From an uncultured Chloroflexia bacterium (GTDB taxonomy: Bacteria; Chloroflexota; Anaerolineae; Anaerolineales; UBA4823): a stretch of DNA of 64,000 nt. The translations under genes and the position numbers were made by a program. Positions 12,522-25,062 of this stretch are shown here, piece after piece (within the stretch, counting starts at the first letter, position 1; every line of letters starts with the position of its first letter). The stretch covers positions 94,044 to 158,043 of the forward strand of contig CAVZNX010000014.1 in the NCBI GenBank assembly GCA_963776795.1, read 5' to 3'. Under the pieces are notes generated by a model that was not told where the DNA came from, made no database searches, and worked only from the letters and a program-made list of their open reading frames with translations.

Positions 12522-13896
12522 ATGCGTATCCTTTACATTGTTCCTTACATTCCTAATTTAATACGCGTCCGGCCCTATCAGCTCATCCGTAACTTATCTC
12601 TGCGGGGTCACCATGTTACCCTGGCAACATTGTGGGAGAATGCGGAAGAGCGGGATTCGCTTCGAAAAATTGAGGGTATTGTCGAGCGAAGCATTGCCAT
12701 CCATCAACCCCGCTGGCGATCCCTAATGAATTGCATTTTAGCTTTACCCACCTCGACACCGCTTCAAGCAAGTTATTGCTGGAATGCAAGACTGCAACAG
12801 GTATTGCTTGATCTTACTAATGATGACCATGGGTACAGGTAAGTGGGATGTCATACATATCGAACATTTACGCGGGGCGCGATTTGGAATCACCTTAACC
12901 AATAAATGGGCTGAAAAACCCAACAATCGTTCGTACCCACCAATCATCTGGGATAGCGTAGATAGTATCTCCTCACTGTTTCGCCAAACTTCGCAACAGT
13001 AGCCAGAAGCGGTTCAACCGCTGGCTGGCACAAATGGAGTTGCAGCGTACCGAGATATACGAGCGAAGAGCAGCCATACAATTTGATCGCGTCTTAGTCA
13101 CCTCCAGGATTGACCAGCAAGCGTTTTGGGAATTGGATCGAGAGGGGTTAACTCATCATAAGGTGTCCGTACTGGCCAATGGTGTCGATCTGGATACCTT
13201 CCAACGCAAACAGTCAAATTCGACGCGAACCAGCTACCTTGGTAGTTCACGGAAAAATGAGCTACCATGCTAATGTAACCATGGTAATCCATCTTGTAAA
13301 AGATATCTTACCAATGGTTTGGAATGAAAGGCCTGATGTCAAGCTCTGGATCGTAGGGAAAGATCCGCCCAAGGAAATCCGGATGCTGGCTAAAAATTCT
13401 GCGATTTGCGTTACAGGAACTGTAGATGATATCCAGGCTTATTTACAGCAAGCTACAATCGCGGTGGCGCCTGTTGCTTATGGCGCTGGGATTCAGAATA
13501 AAGTCCTCGAAGCAATGGCATGTGCTACCCCGGTGATTGCCTCATCTCAAGCCATTTCTGCGTTGGATGTGGAAGCGAGTCATGATATATTGGTTGAAAA
13601 TGATCCAATGGAATTTTCAAAGGCGATCTTGGATTTATTGGCAAACTCAGAGCAGTCGGGATTTACTTGGACAGGCAGGCAGAAGATATGTAGAAATCCA
13701 CCATGATTGGAATAAAATCGTTGCTGAATTAGAAAAAATATATATCGCTTCAATTCGAGAAAAGGGATCTAGTTATAACAATACTTTTCCAGCCACCGAA
13801 AAAGTTGGTGATTATTCCATGATAAAGATTACCAGGTCCTCAGAGATGTCAAGTCTTGAGAAAATCAAGGTTTCTAATACTGCTTTAGCGTATTAG
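12522..13896 (+). pseudogene. Glycosyltransferase family 4, frame shifts
   Basis: ATG at 12522 gives MRILYIVPYIPNLIRVRPYQLIRNLSLRGHHV. ORF 13179..13706 carries VAPVAYGAGIQNKVLEAMACATPVIASS. The tail lies in ORF 13537..13896. Confidence 0.65.
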
Positions 13897-14252
13897 TTTT
13901 GGTTATTATTAGCTGCTACAATCTTTGCAATAGTTAGTAGTTGTTGGCAACTATTCGAAAGTCAGATATCTCTCAAGCGCTTTCCAACCTAATGTTTATT
14001 TGGAAGACATGAATTCCAACTCTAAGAATTATTCTTGATTTAATATTTGACTGATAATGTGGATAAAAACAGTAAACGAGAACAGCTTAGAATTGCAAGT
14101 ATGGAATACTTAGCGAATTTTCCGATGTCAGGTAATCACGTTCGAACAATACCCAACAGACCACGATCTTGAAAATATATATTCGTTTTTAATCTTAATT
14201 CTTTCCAAGAATGTTCACGATATTTTTATGCCGAGTACGTATCACAAAAAAA

Positions 14253-15800
14253 CTATGGCTCACCCCAGACCACAATCAAGGCGGGACGAGCCTGATAATT
14301 CCAATCTTCCGCATCTGAAGAACTAAAATATTTACCACTGTGCATGGCAGCATCTGCTTCATACATGGCTAACCTGAGCGGAATTGACAATTGATAAGCT
14401 TGAACTACAGCCCGGGTCACATCCCATTCATAAGGATACCCGGCCATCCAGGAAAAGTAGTCGGATTGACCCATGCCTGGCTAACATTCTCAAATGCAAG
14501 GGGAGCATTATTCCAGGTAATTGTACTTTCATCCCAGTTCTGCCCGATAGTAAATACCTGGATAAGGGAAGGATAGGCTTGGGTTGGGTCAGATCCACCA
14601 AATTGGTGTAAGACTGAGCTTAGCTGAAATGATGGATTTATCATGAGGAATCTGGTCTATAGGGAATGTAAGATAATACTTAGCAAAGCAAGGCCAATCG
14701 GCAACATCAGCCTGATTTTGAATGGCAAAATCAAACGCTCCAGCAAAATTCAGGTTTCCCCATATATTCCAAATAAAATCGGTGTCTCCAGGACAGAGGT
14801 TGCCTGTCGTTCCCCCAACAGCCGCATCGATCACCTTTGCACCATTTAATTTATTTTGAATCAGTAACGCTGCCCGTCTCCGGAACATCTGGAGGAGTAT
14901 ATATCGGAAGCCCAAAATGCAATCTACCCCAAGTTGAGGGATTGGATTCGACCATCAATTCAGGCCAAATTTGTGGGGTTATCGGTGTACCAGCAACATC
15001 ATCACGATCAAAAACCTGAACGCCTAAGCGCCAGACCGTTCCATCAGGGGGTAAACTGTTTATTCCCAAGCTGGTAAAGGGAATTTCGAAAGACATAGCC
15101 CATCCTCGATCTTCAGCGTTATTATTATTGTATCCTTCACCCCGCCAGCCTGGAAAGGCATGAAATTCAATTGAAGCACTTGTCCATTCAGATCCATTTC
15201 CAGTATAGCTCGCTTTATATCTAGGATCATCCGGATCGACATTGATACTCAACTCAGCATCCAAGCGAAAACTGGTTGAGGAAGGTTGAAATCCTGGATT
15301 GCTATTTGTATCGATCACAAGAGAGATTGTATCCCAGTTTGGAAGAGTTGACGGGATTGGCTGCAAATCGTACCAAAGTTTACGGTCGAATGTGCCGCTT
15401 CTAATAAAGAGGGAAGTGCGATTATAGCCTACACGAACATCGGTATAGTTATCAATTGAAGTTACATTCCCAAACCAGAAGATAGCCATCTCTGAGAAAC
15501 GATCGTTGGTTACATTCGTTACATCGAAGAATGGTAGTATTCACTGTTCGTGAGGAAGACAAGATATGCGGCGGTAAAGTCGATACCAGATTGGTTTTGG
15601 ATAACTGGTAGATATACAGTGGTAAGATTTTGCAACTGAGAGTAACTCCTCATCAAATTCGAATAACTATTAGCAGACGACAATAAAGCCAATGCTCCGA
15701 TTGTCTGTGGGTGGAAGCTGAAGGAATTAGAAACAAATAATATAGCTACGATAAGTATGATAAAAAGTAGGGGTATATGCCTTGGAGGTTTGAGTTTCAT
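14253..15800 (-). pseudogene. Secreted carbohydrate-binding protein (CBM9/DOMON-like plus DNRLRE-like region), frame shifts
   Basis: Five colinear minus-strand ORFs from 15519..15800 (signal-anchor MKLKPPRHIPLLFIILIVAILF) to 14253..14474. Central segment: WAMSFEIPFTSLG...VWRLGVQVFDRDD. The later segment STITWNNAPLAF is a DNRLRE-type hallmark. Confidence 0.4.
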
Positions 15801-16264
15801 TTTCGAATAGCTTTTTTATTGTAGAATAGCATGGTCTTTACAGATTATAGAAGATATTCTACCAGGTATATTGTTCCTAACAGATTTGTTAGGTCTATTA
15901 ATTTCTACCTTTGAGAAGTGACGAATAATAATAGTGGTTAGAGAAAAATACTAGTAGATCACAATTCTACCCAAAGTATGCTTCTAATCGTTTCATACAT
16001 ATAAGATGATAGATAAATTTTTATACCAATGGTAAGTGTAGCCATCTTCTTCGCATGTAAGTGTATTTATCATCAACCAAGAAGTAGTCGATGAAAGATA
16101 AATTACCAACTAAAACTAAGTACCTTATTAACCCATCGTTTTAGTGGAATCACGTTATATTTATAGGTTTATAATGATATTAATAAAAGGTGACTAATCT
16201 TTAAAAGAAGGCTTAAGTTTTTTTTGCCTAATCCATCAAAATAAAATTCTTATCGGAGAATTGC

Positions 16265-17848
16265 ATGGAATTACGTCGATATTTACGCGTTGTCTGGAAA
16301 TGGTGGTGGCTGATCCTATTATCAATCTTGATTGCATCATTCTCGAGCTATTTCGCGAGCAAGAGAGTAACTCCATTATACCGAGCAAAGACAACATTAA
16401 TGGTAGGCAGGATTATTGAGAATCCGGACCCAAATTCATCACAAATATATTTAAGTCAACAATTAGCTAGTACCTACCAGCAAATGGTCTCAAGAAAGCC
16501 TGTTCTGGATGCTACAGTAAAATCACTTGGCTGGAATGTCGGTTGGGAACAGATTGCATCGAAAATCACCGCCAATGTGGTCCCAAACACTCAATTAATT
16601 GAAATATTCGCTATTGATGGGAATCCCCAAGATTGCTAAATTACTTGCCGACACAGTGGCAAGTGAGCTAATAAAGCTGAGTCCATCAGGGGCAAACCAG
16701 GTGAAACCTGGAACAAACCACATTCATACAATCACAATTATCTGATTTACAAGAAAAAATTGATTCCGGAAAACAAGAAATAATCGATTTACAATCACAG
16801 CTGGATAATTCAAACAGCGCTGTGAAATCCAGGATTTACAGGATCAAATTGATATCCTCGAAACAAAAATTTCTAATTGGCAAAGTACTTATGCCTCACT
16901 ATTGTCGACAATCCAAGGTGGTGATGCAAATACAATTTCAATTGTTGAAGAAGCCACATTACCGACGGTCCCGTTTTCGCCTAACACTCGTATGAATGTA
17001 TTATTGGCGGCAGCAATTGGTCTTATACTGGCAGTAGGAGGAATATTCGTAATTGAGTATTTTGACGACACTATGCAAGCCCTGGATGATACACAAGAGT
17101 TATTAAATTTACCTACCCTGGCAAAGATCGACAAAATTAATGGCGGAAAAGATCAAAGTAAATTAATTGCTCTAGAAAATCCATCATCACCCGAGGTCAA
17201 TTCTTTCCGGATGCTTCGGATAAATCTCCAATCTATATCAAATTGGCAGTCTTTACGATCAATATTATTCACTAGTGCTGAGCCCTCGGTAGGAAAAAGC
17301 GTAACTGCTTCAAACCTGGCAGTTGTTATGGCGCAATCAGGTCAGAGGGTAATTCTTGTGGATGCTGACCTAAGAAAACCTTCAATTCACAGGTTGTTTC
17401 ATGTTGTAAACGAAGAGGATTACAAATCTTATTTGAAAATCAGAAATAAACGTAGTTGATTGCTTAAAATCAACCGAGATCGAGAATTTAAAAATCCTTC
17501 CTTGCGGTACAGAAAAGATGAATTCTATTGAAGCACTCGGATCAGATCGCATGAAATTAATTGTTAAAGAATTAGGTAAACTATCTGACTTTATAATCTT
17601 TGACTGTCCACCAGCAATGTTATTCTCTGACACCTTATCTCATTGCAAAACTTGTTAATGGAGTGATTGTCGTTTCACGGCTCGGCCGAACACGCTCTGA
17701 GATGTTGAAACAGGTAGTAAATGATTTACGATTAGCAGGGGTAAATCTGCTAGGTGTTGTGGTTCAACGAAGAAAGAAAAATGACTTGTACGGGTATCGA
17801 TATCACAAGTATTATTCTGAACCAGACAAGGGAATTAAGAAGGGGTGA
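16265..17848 (+). pseudogene. Polysaccharide co-polymerase (Wzz domain) fused to a BY-type tyrosine autokinase, frame shifts
   Basis: ORF 16265..16639 has the Wzz-like N-terminus LRRYLRVVWKWWWLILL. ORF 16902..17459 has Walker A SAEPSVGKSVTASNLA and ILVDADLRKP. Hand translation near 17590 gives IIFDCPPA. ORF 17600..17848 is the C-terminal tail with YGYRYHKYY tyrosines. Confidence 0.7.
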
Positions 17849-18292
17849 TATTTTTCGGTCATCTGGTTATTATGAAGAAAACCTATTTCTTTTTTTATTC
17901 GCAACTTCCGAGAAACAGTTTAATTAAGTCGTTTAGGTATACTTGTAGCAATCAAATGATATATAGATCTTCTAAAGAGATATAAGAATTATTATTCCGA
18001 AAGATTATTGTAATTCAATCGCAATTTTACTGTCTATCAAAGACATGATTTATAGAAACATTCGAAGCAAATTATCAGGCATATGCCAACTAATAATATT
18101 CGATTAATTTCACATTTCGTTTTTCCACAATCAATCATTCCAGACTTGCAGGAATTTACGATCATCTATAATGGCACATCAGGCGAAATTACACAGATTA
18201 CCGGCTGATTTTGTTTCATAATACAAAGCAAAATATGAAGCGAATTGTTGACAGTCCAAATTTCTTTTTAGCCGAACTAACCTGCATCACTA

Positions 18293-20053
18293 TTGGCAAT
18301 AATATTGTGGAGGTTAATTCCCGGGCAAAATTGGCTACCGATACTCATTGCCATCGCACCTCTCATCATTAGAATTTCAGCCAAAAGATCCACCATAATA
18401 CATACACCTTTTAATCTTCCTATCTTGATCTACTTAATTACAGCTGGAATTGGGATATGGGCTGCATATCAACCTGAAGCTGCATGGATGAAATTCTGGT
18501 TCCTAATTACTTCAGTTCTTTTGTATTTCCTCCTTGCACGCCAGCCAGTAGAAAATCTCTGGAAAGCTGCAGTCATGTTGAGCTTGCTCGGTTTGGTCTT
18601 ATGTGTTTACTTCTTCCTGTGTAATGACTGGGAAGCACAGCCTCAAAAATTCATTCTGATCAGCCAGCTCGGTAAAACCTGGATGCGGATACGACCGAAT
18701 ATAAATCTGATAAGCATAAATCCAAATGATATAGCTGGAATTGCGGCTTTGATACTTCCATTCTCATTTGCGCTCATTCTGCAATTTTGGAGAAAAAAAT
18801 CATATCTATTGGGTAGCTTATTTGTATTATTCACCTGTATTATTGGGCTAACTATTATCTTTACCCAATCACGCGGAGCATGGCTTGCGGTAGGTCTAAC
18901 GTTATTATTATGTTTATGGTGGTGGGCACTAAATCGTTGGTTTATTCGGGGTACTTTTGCTTTAAGGAAAACGCTTTATGCAGCGTTTATTGGAGCGATT
19001 TTGTTAATGGCACTCGGTGTTGCATGGGTTTCACTTAATCGCAGAATAATCCAGGTAGCTATTGGTGGTACGAGTCTCTATGTTTCAGACTCGCGCTTTC
19101 ATCTTTTTCTAAGCGCTTATGAACTAATCAAGGATACACCATTTACAGGAGGCGGTCTCGAAAGTTTTTCCGGTCTTTACTCCACATATATCATGAATAA
19201 TCCCAATTACATCCTGGGCTACAGCCATAACATCTTTTTAGATACTACTCTTCAACAAGGCCTATTGGGTGGTTTTATGCTCTGTTGGATCATCCTCGGT
19301 AGCCTGGTCTTATTACTTTCTAAACCATTATCCGGTAACCTCTCAATATTACGTTATTCAATTCTGTCGAGCCTCTTAATCATGATATTACATGGACTCG
19401 TGGATAATGTTGTCTTGCGCACCATTTCCACAATGCTTATCTTCTATGTTCCCGGGATGGCAGTCGGCTTGTTGACTTTGACAAAATCAGAGACATTAAA
19501 TGCCCCACAAGCAAATGTTCAAAAGCGACAGCATGCCATAGCCGGAATAACTGCCATCATCGTGATCCTTGGTTCAATGATCATTTTTCATCGTCCAATT
19601 CTCTCTGCATGGTTCACTAATCTCGGGGCAGTAGAAATGGCGAAGGTTCAACTAGCTGATTTTCCCACAGGCGTCTGGGATGAGGGCCAGCATGTCAACC
19701 AGCTTATTAATGCCGAAGCATTTTTTAAGCGAGCCATCTTTTATGATCCAAGCAATCCCAGTGCTAATTACCGCTTAGGCTTAATTGCCATGTTTAAGAA
19801 GGATTTTTCTACCGCTGTCAGTCTTTTAGAAATTGCCCACCTGGGTGATCCATATCACAGGGGGATCATCAAGGCATTGGGTCTCAGTTATCTCTGGAAT
19901 GGACAAATCGAAGCTGCAGAACCATTACTATCCTTGCTTCCTGAGACCAACCAGGAAGTTGGAGTATATGCATGGTGGTGGGGTCAGCACGATCGTCCTG
20001 ACCTGGTTACTTATGCTAAACAATACTTGGAATTAATAGGCGCCAGACAATAG
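18293..20053 (+). CDS. O-antigen ligase-like polytopic membrane protein with a C-terminal TPR-like domain
   Basis: Intact 586-aa ORF with about 10 predicted TM segments. Loop TQSRGAWLAV...GGGLESF...YSHNIFLDTTLQQGLLG is typical of Wzy_C. A soluble TPR-like tail follows (YRLGLIAMFKKDFSTAVSLLE). Confidence 0.7.
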   Translation: MAIILWRLIPGQNWLPILIAIAPLIIRISAKRSTIIHTPFNLPILIYLITAGIGIWAAYQPEAAWMKFWFLITSVLLYFLLARQPVENLWKAAVMLSLLGLVLCVYFFLCNDWEAQPQKFILISQLGKTWMRIRPNINLISINPNDIAGIAALILPFSFALILQFWRKKSYLLGSLFVLFTCIIGLTIIFTQSRGAWLAVGLTLLLCLWWWALNRWFIRGTFALRKTLYAAFIGAILLMALGVAWVSLNRRIIQVAIGGTSLYVSDSRFHLFLSAYELIKDTPFTGGGLESFSGLYSTYIMNNPNYILGYSHNIFLDTTLQQGLLGGFMLCWIILGSLVLLLSKPLSGNLSILRYSILSSLLIMILHGLVDNVVLRTISTMLIFYVPGMAVGLLTLTKSETLNAPQANVQKRQHAIAGITAIIVILGSMIIFHRPILSAWFTNLGAVEMAKVQLADFPTGVWDEGQHVNQLINAEAFFKRAIFYDPSNPSANYRLGLIAMFKKDFSTAVSLLEIAHLGDPYHRGIIKALGLSYLWNGQIEAAEPLLSLLPETNQEVGVYAWWWGQHDRPDLVTYAKQYLELIGARQ

Positions 20054-20087
20054 CCATTTATTCCTATAGCGATAATACTAGCATAAA

Positions 20088-20116
20088 GCAACCCGCTCAA
20101 TGCGGGTTCTTTATTT
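20088..20116 (+). terminator. Rho-independent terminator after the ligase/TPR gene
   Basis: Stem AACCCGC / GCGGGTT (20090-20096 / 20102-20108), 5-nt loop, followed by CTTTATTTAT. Confidence 0.6.
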
Positions 20117-20254
20117 ATATACAGATCCTTGTATCGACCTTTAATATTTCCTTCAATCAATTGCTGCCTTTAACATCTTCGGCACCTCTGGGTCATTGAA
20201 TGCAATAGTATTTTTTAGATCAATATAATTTATGGTTCTATTTAGATAAATGAC

Positions 20255-21269
20255 TTACATTTTATCCGGCCGCAGTGGTGCCATCCGTAAGTAAGTCGTG
20301 GCTCGTATCTTTGATTGTATGTCAGAGATAACCCTGGTTACCTGCTCAGGCGTCAATTGTAGAACCTCTGCAATCTCTTCTGCGCTTACACCTTTTTCGT
20401 GACCCAGCCAGATTGCATCCAAGATATCGAATGGTATTCGGTAAAAGAACTCTTCCTGGGTCGATCCACCTGGATAGGTATCTGTGGTGGGGACACGAGC
20501 CTGGATTTCTTCAGGGATATTCAGATACTTGGCGATTTGGAAAATCTGTGTCTTGAAAAGGTGTTCAATCGGGCCAATATCCACACCACCATCACCGTAT
20601 TTCACAAAAAATCCGAGATCATGTTCGTTTTTATTAGCCGTTCCGATCACGGCATAATTATGGGCCTCGGCATGGTAATATAAAAAACTCATGCGACTGC
20701 GTTGTTTAAAATTTGAAGCGGCAACAATCTGTTGAAACTCATCCTCTTGGTAAACGTTTGCTGATCTCTTGTCCATCTGGCGAGGTAACCACTAGGCTAA
20801 AGATATTTAATGTATTCTGCTCCAGTAAATTAGCAGGTAAGACGATCTTCGCTGCCCAACCTGGTTGATGATATTCGGGAACAATCCTCCTGATGGCTTC
20901 ATCCCTGCGTTGGTAACAACCAAAGCCATCCAACGCGTCCGAAATATTCTCAGTTACTGTCTTCACTCCCAATTGATCAGCAAGATTATGAGCTAGCTCG
21001 CTGCTTTCTGGGTCGGACTCTTTTTCTGGTAATAAAATCCCCAGTACCTTATCAACTCCAACAGCTTTTACGGTTAATGCCAGAACAACCGACGAGTCAA
21101 TTCCACCACTGATACCAACCACTCCACCCTGTTTATGTAATTTTTCGAAAATCCCTTGCCGTAATTTTCCGCAAATCAGATTTACCTCATCTTCAGGGTC
21201 GAGATTCAACCACTCTCGGCTAAAACCCAAGGACATTTCCGATCTGAGTTGTTTTTTTGGATCATTCAT
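20255..21269 (-). pseudogene. nadE: NAD+ synthetase (PP-loop ATP pyrophosphatase), one frame shift
   Basis: ORF 20739..21269 has the PP-loop GISGGIDSSVVLAL. ORF 20255..20776 continues with YAVIGTANKNEHDLGFFVKYGDGG...PTTDTY. Confidence 0.75.
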
Positions 21270-21286
21270 ATCAGCTCCGATTTAGA

Positions 21287-23235
21287 TCAGTATTCAACTA
21301 GTCTTAGTAATATTAGACTTGTATAGGCTTTAGCCTGAAATTCCTTAATGAAAAACTGGTGAACAAGCTGCAACGAGATAATACCTGCAACAGCCATGGA
21401 ATCGATTTCGCTCAACTTAGTTGAGTTCGCCGCTTTTTGGATCAAAGCTAACACAGCTCTCGTATTATAGTATCCCGTTTCGTTTATACATTTTTCAGAG
21501 AGTAATTCTTTCACATAATCATGAGGATGGCTGAAAAAACATTGGTTGATGGGTGCCCGGTAAGGTTTCTTCAACCGCTTCCAGATGATCTCCGGTAAGA
21601 TTTTTGCTCCCAATTGCTTTAATAGCCATTTTTCTTTCAATCCGTGTAATTTTAGCGTGTCAGGCAGACGATCACTAAACTCACTAATACGATAATCGAT
21701 ATAGGGTTGGCGTGCTTCTATTGAGTTACCCATCGCCATACGGTCACCTTGCGAAGATAACAGGTATGGTGATAAAAAGGTCACGATTTCAAGATATTGT
21801 GCCTTTGCCAAGTCTGACCACTCGAGAATAATTTTCTGGTAAGAGTTCGAAGGGCGATTGAACAATCCTGTCAGAATTCTGTAAGAACCGAATTATGCGT
21901 CCGGTAGTGTTCCAACGAAGCATATGCGAATAGAATGGAGAGCCAGTATCTGCTCAATCCATTTTTAAAGAATGCCTTCATATATTCGAATCTGGTCGGC
22001 AAATAATCCTTCGATGTCAGTATATAGCCGTTTTAATAACAGAGGTCGTAATGTAGAATTCCGGGTTTTTTGCCCAGAAACGCCTGATCTTCATTTCCTT
22101 GAAAATATCATATCCAGCAAAAAACTCATCCGCACCTTCCCCGGTAAGGACAACTTTATACCTAAAACTATTGACCATCTTTGATAATAAATACATCGGT
22201 GCAGGTGCGGTTCGTAAAAGAGGTGTTTCAGCATGCCAGATGACATCTGGGAAAATTTGCCCGATATCTTCATAACCACATCGGACCACATGGTGTTTAG
22301 CATTGAAGAAATTTGCCACTTCGAGTTGATAATGACTCTCGTCATATTCAGGATCGGAAAAGGAGATCGAAAATGTCTCGAGGGGATAATTGGAGTATTT
22401 TCGGATAAGCGAGGTGATGATGGATGAATCAATCCCTCCACTCAAATAAACTCCAACCGGAACATCTGATCGTAATCGAAGGCGAACCGAATCAACCAGC
22501 AAACTCTCCAATTCTTCAAGATATTCATCTTCTGTATGTGGATTTAATTTGTTTCGTGAAATCCAATGACCAAAAGGTCTTTACAGATACCTGACCTTCT
22601 TTTGCAATTAGGAAATGACCAGGAGCTAGTTCATAGATCCCTTTGAAAATCGATCTTGGGCTTTGAACACTCCAGAAGGTGAAGACCTGCTGAAGAGCAA
22701 CAGGGTCAATTTCAGCTTGAATACCGGGAAATGCCAGGATTGCTTTTATTTCTGATCCAAAGATGAGTTGGTTGTTATGAATGGTATAAAAGAGTGGTGT
22801 TATTCCCAAGTCGATCGCGGGCTAAAAAAAGAGATCGATTAGCCTTATCCCAGATAGCCAGGGAAAATTGACCATTTAACTGCTGAAGAAATTTCTCGCC
22901 GAATTCTTCATAGGCGTGCAAGATCGTTTCGGTATCACTTTTTGTGTTGAATTGATGGCCGCGCTGCTCAAGATCCTGGCGCAATTCGATATAGTTGAAT
23001 ATCTCACCATTTAGCACAATCCAAAGTGTTTCATTTTCGTTGGTAATTGGCTGATCACCTGTTACCAGGTCAATGATGCTAAGTCTAGCATTCCCCATCG
23101 CCATGTTTTCATCGCTAGTAAATCCCAACCCCATCAGGGCCACGATGTTGAACCATCTCAAGCATTTGATGAATGATAGATTTATCAGTCCTCTGATTTG
23201 GTAGAAGATTGTAGACCCCACATATCCCGCACATG
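21287..23235 (-). pseudogene. asnB: Asparagine synthase (glutamine-hydrolysing) family amidotransferase, 3 or more frame shifts
   Basis: Hand translation at 23235 gives MCGICG, the class-II GATase N-terminal Cys. Fragments 22775..23221 (WIVLNGEIFNYIELRQDLEQRGHQFNTKSDTE), 22525..22809, 22017..22511 (YLSGGIDSS) and 21287..21865. Confidence 0.8.
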
Positions 23236-23320
23236 TTAGCTGGTTCCGATTTTTCTTAGTTCTGACTTGATCACCTTGCCATGTGCATTTACAGGGAAGG
23301 ATTTAGTGATGATAATCTCT

Positions 23321-24723
23321 TCAGGCCACATATACCTGGATAAGTGCTGTACGACAATGTTCCATGATATTTTCAGCCATCATTGCCGACTTCGAGGATA
23401 AGATGACAAAGACCTTGATTTTTTCCCCAGCACGTTCATCTGGGACACCGATGGCAGCTGCAGCAACCACATCCGGGATCTGAAGCACGCAGGTCTCAAT
23501 CTCATAACTGCTGATGCGATTACCATAGGATTTGATGAAGTCACTTTTCCTGTCTACAATGTATATATAACCTTCTTCATCAACTGTTGCTAAATCGCCA
23601 GTATAGAGAATGCCTTTTTTAAATTTTCCTTGAGATGCTTCGGGATCTTTATAGTAACCAGGTGAAATATTATCTCCCGATGCGATTATTTCACCAATTT
23701 CCCCTGGTTTAACCGGTTGCCCATCTTCCTCACCAACAACAGATAAGGTCACTCCTGGAATACCTTTTCCAATCGAGCCTAATTTCGTGCTGAGCAATCC
23801 TGGCGGCAAGTACGATAAGCGAGCTGTAGCTTCAGTCTGCCCATACATGACATATACTTTTGCCTGTGGGTGCGAGCTGACGAGCTCTTGAATTAGGGTA
23901 TTGTGGAGCTTTCCGCCTGCCTGTTGAATTTTCCGTAAGATGTGGTAAGTTTCTATTCAGGAAAGGTTGAGTTGCGAAGTAAGGTTTGATAATTCGTCGG
24001 CACACCGGCAAAACCAGTGCACCTGGTTTTTTCCATAAGATCTAGCACAGTTTCAGGAAAAACAAAAGACTTACACAACACCAGGGTTCCATTGACCCGT
24101 AAGTGTGTATGCAATAATGAAGTCCCAAAGCAATAAAAAAAGGGTAATACCACCATCATCCGCTCGTCGGAATTTAGCTCGAGGTAATTGATAATGGAAT
24201 CAGTATTTGCCTGGATGTTACGATGAGTGATCCTGACCGCCCTAGGGGTCGCAGTTGTTCCAGAAGTAAACATAAGCGTAGCATCGCTATCAATGTTAAA
24301 ATTCTCGCACGAAGTTGGCCAGTCTAGTTGCCCAGTGTTCAGTAGCTCATCATCGAGGACAAATTTTGGGAAATTGGTTTGATATTTTTAAATTCCGGTT
24401 ATAAAGAGCCTTATCAACAAACAAGAACTTACAACCAGTAAATTCCAAATAGCGATTAAAATCATCAGCAGAGATGAATGTAGAGATGGGTACTGCGATA
24501 GCACCCATTTTCATGATCGCGAGGTAGGCTGCTGCCCAATAACGGCGAGTTTATTCCCCATATTGCCACTCGATCGCCTGGTTGAATTTCGTCTTTCCGT
24601 AATGCCTCAATCAAACGCGCCGATATATTTTGTAACAATCCATATGATAACTTCAAGATTGTTCGTTATGAATGCAAGGGCATTTTTATTTGATTTTTCT
24701 AAGAGATAATCTGAAGTATTCAT
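23321..24723 (-). pseudogene. AMP-dependent acyl-CoA/acyl-AMP ligase (ANL superfamily), frame shifts
   Basis: Start ATG at 24723 (MNTSDYLLEKSNKNALAF). Fragments 24465..24656, 23953..24273 (FTSGTTATPRAV, the AMP-binding motif) and 23321..23848 (MYGQTEA..., GDLATVDEEGYIYIVDRKSDFIK). Confidence 0.75.
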
Positions 24724-25062
24724 GATCCTCACTATGAAAATGGAATTTGTTTCTTCATATGCATTCGATCAATTATTACGTGGTCATATAAAGAATACCC
24801 TTAGATATTGTCTAAAAATTCGGTTGTACTTTTAGTTTGATTGCATAAAAAGTGCCATTCTCTTGATCAGGAAGAATAGCACCTATGATTAACCTCGACG
24901 TAGATATCTAGGCAGAAGAAAAAAAATAGGATCTCCCCATCTATATTACACGAATCCTTTTATTAATATTAAATCGAGTTATCGCATATAGATACATATC
25001 TTCAAGTCCCAATAAAGATAATAGCTTTGCCTTTATTTCGTAGTTAGTCATGCTGAGGATCA

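Noticed and set aside
12522-24723. Labelling the EPS locus as exosortase/PEP-CTERM-associated because of the AsnB-like plus acyl-CoA-ligase pair
   Set aside because: No exosortase gene and no PEP-CTERM-tailed protein are visible in the window. The association is only a loose analogy.
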